Shown here: in pieces, positions 1 through 8,500 of the stretch | How positions within the stretch are numbered: the stretch's first letter is position 1 | Layout of the letters: each line of letters begins with the position of its first letter | Virus record (IMG/VR): IMGVR_UViG_3300042402_007915 | Coordinates: 64,001-128,000 of that record | Direction: 5' to 3' (one strand) | Length of the DNA stretch: 64,000 nt | From: a virus | Notes under the pieces: model-generated | The model's input: only the letters and a program-made list of their open reading frames with translations | Told to the model about the DNA's origin: nothing | Databases searched by the model: none | Translations under genes and position numbers: made by a program

Positions 1-2
1 AG

Positions 3-2573
3 CAGCAGGTTAACTTCATGCGAGAGATCCTCTCCAGAAAAGTAGGTGGAACCGCAACCCGTAGAACCCTTGAAGGCCTTACGACTGTAATGGCTTCGCA
101 GATCTCTGCTCCAATTGATGGCGCAAGCAAGATGCCTTCATTCACGGTCAATCAGTTGCTCAAAGAGGCCAATACGCCTACCGAATTCAAAGAGTTAATG
201 CGTAAAAACGAGAACGGCTTCTTTATCGATTTTAACAACGAGGAAGACCTCAATAGTTCAATCTTCAGAGAGGCAGCCCGCGAGAAGTACGGCAATGATA
301 GACGCGTTTTCATTGCTGGAAAGCGTACTATTGAGAATATGAAGGGGACCGAGATCAAGCAGTCCAACCAGACAGTCAAGGTTGCCTCTGCGTACGAAGA
401 GATGTCTTCCGAGTTCTTCTCGCAGATTAAGCAGCTTACGTCTAACTCTGACAATACAACCGTTGGCGATGTAATTAAGACGATGGACAGCTACAAACAG
501 CAGACCACGCGTCTCTACACGTCGACTTTGCACCAGGTTACTCGTGGCAAGATCAAGGGCAATACTATGGGTATTGTCCACTTTACTGGTACTGAATACG
601 ATATGGAGACAGCTACTGGAACCCAGAGAATGAAGATGGCTCTGAGTTCAACGCAGAGCGCCTATCAACGTGCCGCCGAAGAAGCCACCAAGAAACAAGT
701 TGTATTTAGAGATACCCTTCAGTTCCTAAACAATCTTACGGACTACATGAACGTAACAAAAGACAAGGGTGAGCTTGGGGCCTCGCTTCGTAATTTTGCA
801 TTGGAAAGTGCTCAGCTGCTTCGAGACAGTAAAGCTGGCGTTGCTACTACTGCTCAAGGTGAATGGGGCCTTATTGCTCGTGCCCCTGCTCTTGCTGCTG
901 GTAACTTCAGGCTCATGGCCTCGTTTAGGTCTCCGCATGAAATGAACGAGAGCGTAGATCCCCTATTCCGAATGATTAAGGATTCAAAGTCAGCACGTAA
1001 AATACTTCACAAGTTTGAAGAAGACGCAGGCCTTGTGACTGTTACCGAGAAGAAAGTCACCAACAAGAAAGGCGAAGAAGTCGTCAAGCAAATCCGAAAG
1101 GGCACCCCAGTAGAAAGCTTTGATCAGCTACTTGACCTTGAGAAACAGCATCCTAACTTAGTTCGGACACTGTTTGAGGACTTCGCTGCAAACCTTAGAC
1201 AGTGGAATAGAGGTACCGGCGGCGGCTCTGTATTCATCGTCAAGGATATGGCGAACGCAAAGATTGACGGTAAAGTGAGGCCAGTGGATCTTGGTTTCGC
1301 TACTGGATCTCTTGCGGACGCAGACGGTGACTGGGCCTCTTTCATGACGCTGTCTAAAGAGCAGCGGAAAGTGATTGCAGCTAAGATGGCAGATCCAACT
1401 TCAGCTGCAGCGTATATTGCAGCACAGCAAGACCAAACTATTGCGTCAAGCGTATACGCAGAGTACGCAAAGAAAGGGCTTGTTTCGACTGGTGTCCTTA
1501 ACGAAACCTCAGATGAAATCCTGCGGAAGGACTTACTCAAGGAAAAGACTTCGGCTTCGGGCACCGGTAGCGTTGACGTTGCGTTGAACAAACTTCGTAA
1601 TGCAAGCCTTGCTTTCCAAACTGAAGACCCTCGTTTGCTTAGGGAAATGGTTCCGCTTTTTCAGATGCTGGAAGAGCACACTACGATTAAGTCTAAGAAG
1701 CTTGCAGACTTCAAGCCATGGGCAGAGCGTCTTTCCGCGTCTGTTGACGAAGCATTTCGTAGAGACAATATCGCTCCTTTTGCTAACTTCCTAAAGACAG
1801 AGATCTTTCCAGAAGCTGACATGAAGGAGCTTTACGCAGGCTTTGACGTTGAAGCAAGCGGGAGAACTACTCGCATTGAAGGTTTGGATGCAATCTTTGG
1901 TTACCTGCAAAAAGCCATCGTAAATGCCAAAGCGAATAAAATCGACCTTATGGCTACACCGAACATTGCAGCAACAACACTCGCTGGTGATGAAGTTGGT
2001 GTCGCAAGAGAATTGTTTGCCGCCATCACTTCAGGCAAAGCAACGATGCAAAGCGGTATGGCTGCTGAGTTCTTCGGAGACAGGGCTAACCAGAACTTAG
2101 CTAAAGCAGAAGTGCTGAGACAGGCCGCATCTAACCTGATGGACAAGATAGATGTTCGTGGTGCAGGGCTTGCTGTTGGGGCCCTTGCTTTGGGGGCTAT
2201 TACTGTAGGTGCTGTATCAGGCGGCGCCACCTCTTCTCCTCTCATGGTAGAAGGTGAGATGCCTGTTGCAGGGCTTAACAGAGCAGTTTCTGATGGTTTC
2301 CTAGAGGGAAGTGAAGCTCGTGGGATGAGTGGTGGGCCCATGTCAGACGTATATGACATGACAAACACTCCTCAAGGTCATGGTGTGACTTACATGTCAG
2401 GTGGGGCTGGGTTTGACATTAGAGGCGCGACCAGTTCCTTGGCCAACACTGAGACCAGTAGGGCTTTCATCAATTTAGTAACAAAAGGAAATGCTAGAGG
2501 TTCTGTTGTTATCAATGATACAAGAAGGCCTATTACGCCAAACTACTTGGATCGTCTTAACGGAGAATACTAA
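3..2573 (+). CDS. 5'-truncated giant virion protein with two-barrel RNA polymerase beta-prime-like catalytic region (putative virion RNAP, tape-measure position)
   Basis: Frame is open to the window edge (QQVNF before the Met at 18). GLIARAPAL (~867-893) resembles RpoC LLNRAPTLH; LADADGD (1311-1331) resembles NADFDGD; hydrophobic GAGLAVGALALGAITVGAV near the C-terminus; TAATG overlap with the hub gene. Confidence 0.68.
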   Translation, partial: QQVNFMREILSRKVGGTATRRTLEGLTTVMASQISAPIDGASKMPSFTVNQLLKEANTPTEFKELMRKNENGFFIDFNNEEDLNSSIFREAAREKYGNDRRVFIAGKRTIENMKGTEIKQSNQTVKVASAYEEMSSEFFSQIKQLTSNSDNTTVGDVIKTMDSYKQQTTRLYTSTLHQVTRGKIKGNTMGIVHFTGTEYDMETATGTQRMKMALSSTQSAYQRAAEEATKKQVVFRDTLQFLNNLTDYMNVTKDKGELGASLRNFALESAQLLRDSKAGVATTAQGEWGLIARAPALAAGNFRLMASFRSPHEMNESVDPLFRMIKDSKSARKILHKFEEDAGLVTVTEKKVTNKKGEEVVKQIRKGTPVESFDQLLDLEKQHPNLVRTLFEDFAANLRQWNRGTGGGSVFIVKDMANAKIDGKVRPVDLGFATGSLADADGDWASFMTLSKEQRKVIAAKMADPTSAAAYIAAQQDQTIASSVYAEYAKKGLVSTGVLNETSDEILRKDLLKEKTSASGTGSVDVALNKLRNASLAFQTEDPRLLREMVPLFQMLEEHTTIKSKKLADFKPWAERLSASVDEAFRRDNIAPFANFLKTEIFPEADMKELYAGFDVEASGRTTRIEGLDAIFGYLQKAIVNAKANKIDLMATPNIAATTLAGDEVGVARELFAAITSGKATMQSGMAAEFFGDRANQNLAKAEVLRQAASNLMDKIDVRGAGLAVGALALGAITVGAVSGGATSSPLMVEGEMPVAGLNRAVSDGFLEGSEARGMSGGPMSDVYDMTNTPQGHGVTYMSGGAGFDIRGATSSLANTETSRAFINLVTKGNARGSVVINDTRRPITPNYLDRLNGEY

Positions 2574-5500
2574 TGGCTCTCAGCCCCAACCAGCTCCCCT
2601 ACGTTGTTGATGTATTCACACCGGTAGGAGAAGAGGACCTTTACAGTCGCAAGGACGTCTTCATCATTAATGACATTGGCTTGATCATCCCGCCAATGGC
2701 TATCTCTATCCAGAAGGAAGATCTTTCCTACACCTGGAAAATGCTGCGTTCTGCTACTACTACCAAGCTCCCCACTGGGCATGGAGCTATTCGTATTGGT
2801 ATCACGATTCCTTTTTTGAACAATCACATCTTGGACTTTCACCGACTTCTTGTTCAGATTCGGCATAACCCTTTTGTTTATATCGAAAACAGGTATCTGA
2901 GAGAGTCAATCATTCCCGAAGCCCCAAGTTCACAGAACATGGCCTTTGGCGTGGACTCTGTTAACATTGCAAGCATGAACGGAACTGCTGACGCTTGGGT
3001 TCTGCAGCTAAACCTAAGTTGGTTTAACTACGCACCCTTTGGACCGAACTTCCTATTCAGGCGAGAGTGGGAAACAGTAGACGTAAATGAAATGAACTTT
3101 GCAAGCTCCTCAGACCCTAACGGGGAAGAGGTTCCGGTAATCGTTCGTAAGAGTATTGGGTGGCATCTCCCTGACGAGTACGGCAGGAGAACCCCGCGGC
3201 CCTGTATTACTTCAATGCGTTATCTTAGGGATGATAGCTTTGGTACAAGCGACTCTGAGACAGGAGAGTCAACTCCAGTAAACGACTTCGACACCACAAT
3301 CCCTAGTCCGATGACTTTGATTGATATGGAGTATGTTCACAAGGGTTTCGAGTGGGACTTGCTGCCTAAGATTTCAATGATGAGTAGGTCAGCGCCTTCT
3401 GTCTTCCCTGCTTCCTCAAGGATCTACACACGGTTCTATAACTACCTGCAGAGAGACGCACTAAAGGAAAACTTTGGCATTGACCTTGAGGGAATGCTTA
3501 GGGACCAAGGCGGCAATGTGGATGGCTACTTTGGTGTTTGGGATCCAACCAGAGCTGACCGTCTCGAAACGTGGTCTCTGCATAATGGTCCAAGAATGCT
3601 AGGGGCCTCAGAAGAGGAGCGCAAGCGCGAGATCGCTATATGGGCTTCTGTAATGTCATCCGTCCGAAGCGCCATGTTTGATATGAACGGACCTCTTGTG
3701 GTTGGCTTCCATTTGTACAAAGAAGTACGAATGCCAGCAGAGTGGGCCAAGGCTCTTGGCGATATGATTCGGGTAAAGAACACAGCGTCCCAGATGGCCT
3801 TGGATGAGAAGATCAACAACCCACTCAGCCCTGAACATCAGATGGATTCAATTACCTACCAAGACCCAAGTACTGGGAACTGGTACGTCATGGAGAAGAA
3901 GTACGAGGGTGGCCCTCTTAGTTGGAAGCCAAAGCTCTTCTCTCAGACTCCAGGGAACCTCCAGGGCCTTTCAACACCCATTGGCGTAGGCGGACGTAAG
4001 GCTACGTTTGCCGAGGTCTCAGCCGTCTCTGGACAGGGCATAGCGACTCGAAACTTTCCTGTTGCAGGTTCAGGCAGGACACTCAAGTCTGGTGAGCTTA
4101 GGGCACACTTGGGCTTGGACTTGTCTCCGCTGAGCAAGAGTGAAAGCACTTACGTCTATCCGGTTAAGGATGGCACCGTACTTAAAACCACTCAATACGA
4201 AGCTCTTAAGGGTACTTGGTATTGGACTTCAGATAGTGGAGTCACTGAGCCCGTTAGTGCTAAGCATTTAAGTCGTCTTAAAGTCGTGTTTAAGACTTAT
4301 AGCGGCTTCTTCTTTGGAGAGGGTGTAAGCCCTGAGTTGTACCTTCTTGGAATTGGTGACAACTTTGTTGGTGCCCAAAGTTACCTCGAGAAAGGAAGGG
4401 TTGGCTCGGTTTACCGCTGCGACTATGTTGGTACTGGGTGGGAAGAGTCTGGTTGGTTTTGGATTAACGGACCTTCTTCTGGTAACACAATTACCATTCA
4501 GCATGGAGATGGAAGCGTCTCTCGGTACATGCACCTTGAATCAATTACCAAGGGGCTGAGGGCCGGAGTGCCTGTTAGTGTTAACACCGTTATCGGTGTG
4601 ATGGGGCAAAGTGGAACCTATGCTTCTAACAAAGTTGCAGACTTCCTAACGACGAATGGCACAAGTGAGATTCGGTCTCTTGGGGCGGCAAACGAAAACT
4701 TAGCGTCTTTTGGGATTCATCTTCACCTTGAGTACGAAGAGCCTTTCAGGAACTCCCTCTGTGTTCCTTCAAGGGTCTTCACTTATGAAGGTGAAGTGGT
4801 TGATCCGGGCAAGACCCCTTCAACTGTTCTAGTTAACCTAAAGCAGATCTACAAGCATTTTGAAGATAGGCAGGCTGTTACTATTCCGGAGGACTACGTA
4901 GCTCCCGAGTACAAAGAATACATCGCGGAAGCGACGACAAAGGCCATCTTGTCTGAAGACTCAACAAAGCCTAAAACGCAGACAGAAGAAGAACAGCTTC
5001 AGTCCGTGGCCCAAGAGCTTGAGGACTTGGTGGAAGACGGATGGGCTAACTACGGCGGGTCTGGTGGTTTGGGTAACGTCTATGAAAAGGCGGTCTTCTT
5101 TAATTTCCGTACCGACCAAGCAAGTGCTATCAAGCTTCCGGAGAACCTAGTTTACACCTTCCAAGACACGTTCCTTACGGGTGTTAGTGCTTCTTACGGA
5201 GCCATTCTCTCAAGGATCCCTCTGCTTGGGCACGAGTACCCAACGCTTCAGCACCTAGGTTCAAACGAACCGTCTTATTCTTTTGAGTTTGCAGCTTTGG
5301 ATACCGAAGAGACTCTGGACGGAGTAAGCTCTGGAGTTAGAAACCTTGAGTCAATGAGGGCAAGGCTTCAGAAGAATGCGCGACTCTTTAGAGAGGTTCC
5401 CAATAGCTGGTCCTGTCTCATGGATACATTTCTCACTCGCCTAATGGGTAGCTACAAGGAGACAGACGTTGTCGTAGATAGTCCAGGAGAAGGACTGCCT

Positions 5501-8500
5501 TCTCGCTTGATGATGAAGAAGAGAATGAACCTCAGCCGTACCGAGGTCGGAACTATCCAAGGAAACCCCGGCGCCTCTTTCTATACGGTAGAGGCAGAAG
5601 AGACAAACGTCTTTGAGACAGAAATCCTAAAGAACACTAACAGTCAGTTCACGACAATTGAGAATGCAAGGCAAACGGTACTTCATAAGCTCCTTAATCT
5701 TGAAGTAAAAGATGTGGAGAATGAAGCTCTTACACTGGCTATCGCTAAAGCATTAGCACCACAGGCCCTTGATCCTGCAAACCCAATGTATGGGATTATC
5801 GATTTAAGCAACCAATCTCTCCTGAACTCTGACCTGTATCTTCCAGGGCCAGAAGACAGTAGCTCCAAGCCAGACAACGGTAGTCTTGAGAATCTGGTTA
5901 GCTTTTTGATGGCAGAGCGAGCCAGCGGAGAAGTGTATAGCGTTCTAGAAGAAACAGAGCTAGGCGGCTTGCTGGGAGAGTTCCCCAAACAACCATTCGC
6001 AAAGGCTGAAGAGCAGTATAGTGCTGACAAAAACAAGAGCGGAATCGTAGTAGATTTGACGAAGCTTACAGGCGTGACTCTTAACGATAGCTTCTTAGAC
6101 ATCAAGGAACTGCTTGCTAACAACGGGGGTCCCGAGGGGGCAGCCGCTTTCCTGCAGATGATGGACCTCCATTTCCTCCTCAAGGCTCTCATTGAAAAGA
6201 GTTGCATTGTACTTGCAGAAGACAAGTCTAGAGCAAGCGGTACCTATCCAGACGGCGGTTTCACTGTTGAGGAGGCCAGAAGTGAGCTCTACCAAATGCC
6301 TATCACTCCAAGCATGTGGAGCCTGTTTACTGAATACGAAAGGGTCTGTGCACAAAGGTTCTCTCTTGATGTAAACGGCTTTGATGTCCTGGAGGGAAAC
6401 TCAGAGGGCGCAATCGCAACGCTAGAAAGCAATGCTAACTGGAATACCTTTGAGCCGGTAAAGGACGGAAGCGAAGCCTACGTCAACAAGCTTACTATCG
6501 AAGCTAGAAAGGCTGGTCTAAGTGTGACCAATCTTCACTTGGCCTTTGACACTGTAGAGATCCTAACCTCTTCTGCCGTAGAAGGAGCTGCTGATACTGC
6601 ACTCGGGTTTGCAAGCTACATTCCAGGCGCAAGCCTCGCTATCGACCGCAATGGAGAGTCTGAAGGTCTTCTCGGAACTCGTATGTTTGACGCAAGTGTA
6701 AAGAACGCACTTAGTGAAGCTCATGAGTTTTTGGTTGAGGGATACATTAACAGCATCTTCAAGTCTGCTATCGGTTTGACGGAGACCGCAAAGGCTTACG
6801 GCCAAGAGTTTATCTTTAGGCCTCTCCAAGCACTTGTTACTTCTTCGAGCACTGGATATTCGCCACTCGACAACCCTATCGGAGCATTCACCAAGCACGT
6901 CGAATCTTCAGGTTATTGGGGCTATGGTTTTCACCACTTCCTTGGTTTAGGGCCAAACACTGGCGGTCTCACTTTCTGGGCGGCAAACCCAGAGGACTAT
7001 GTCATCGTTTACGACAAGAGCTACGAAGCTGGTAGGGCGCAAGTAACTAAGCAAATCTACGAAGGTGTTAACGGTAGCATGGCCACAAATGCTTTTGCCG
7101 CAATTGCTTCTCTTGCCAATGGTTCTCTACAGCCTTTTGATAACTCTAACATCACACAGTGGAACTCTCCTTTGGAGTGGAAGGTTACACGGCCAGAAGA
7201 GAAGGACAAGGTTGACCAGCTCAAGAGAGAGTTCTCCTCTCTCGCGGACAACATCCTAAACAACTACAACCTGCTCAAGTTATTTGGTTTGGAGAAGTAC
7301 ACCAATGTCCTAAACAACGAACAGTACCTCGAAGGAACAGAGGCGTATCCAGACCTTAAGCTGCCAGCCCATCCTTTCTACGGAACGGTGAAAGATACCG
7401 GGCCCGACTTCTATTACTGGAACGTATACGAAGACGGACAGATGCTTGACGCACAGGTTGTAAAGAGTGTTGAAGCTTCGATGGATGAGGTCGTTAAGAA
7501 TGCGTATCAGAGCATGCGACGGTTCCAGTCGGGTGAAAAATACAACCCGGTTAAAGACCCAAGTACCAACTACTCCAAAGACGTAGCACAGGCTGCTCAA
7601 GGGGTCATTCTGTTTAACGCAGAAGCTACTGACGGGAACAGCAACAACCCTGCAAATAAGGGTCGTACTTCTATCAGCTTCTACGAATACGAAAAGACTG
7701 AACAGATTGCAGAGTTTGAGAATGCCCTCACTGGAGCAAACGGAAAAGAAATCCTGAAGAGGCATCCAAAGATTCCAAACCTGTTTGGTACTAGTGGCAT
7801 CTCAATCGGTAGCGAGTTCATGCCGGATAATTTTGCTCCCATTAAGCAGCAAGACCTGGAGAACCTAGAGAAGACTCTTGAGGAAACTCAGAGCATGTTT
7901 GGATCTCGAAGTGGATACCTGAAGGAGAAAGTGGGCAACCCTCTTACTCGAGGTCTTGAGGGAACCAACAGAGCCTCCACTCCAGACATCACCGGGCATA
8001 GCTGGACTATGGAATCGCTTCAGGGTCTTGCGAAGGAAAGCGCAAAAGACATCTTCTCCCAGAAGATGACCATGGCTAGAGCCTACCCAACCTTCAAGCT
8101 GTTCTTTGTAGAGGAAGATGAGATTGAAAACGCTCTGATTTCTCTAGACGACTTCCACTCGTACAACGGTGTGAAGGACTTCACCTTTGTAGAATCAAAG
8201 GATTCACCGGCCAGTGTAGCTGTCATTTCTCTCCAGAACGTCTCAGGAGTGCTTGACGGAACAAAGAGAAACGTCGTTACTGACTTGGACTACTTTGACC
8301 GGAAGATCACTAAGTCCCTTGAGAAGAACCAGTCGCACCTCCAAGGAGATGTGCTTACGGAAGGTACTGACTACGAACAGCCGTTTGGCTCTGTCGTTCT
8401 ACGTCCAGGCCTAAACGTACAGCTTAGAGTTGGCTATTCAAATGACCCCAAGAACCTCTCGGTCCTCCTCTCAGGTCGTATTGTCGATATCTCTTGGAAC

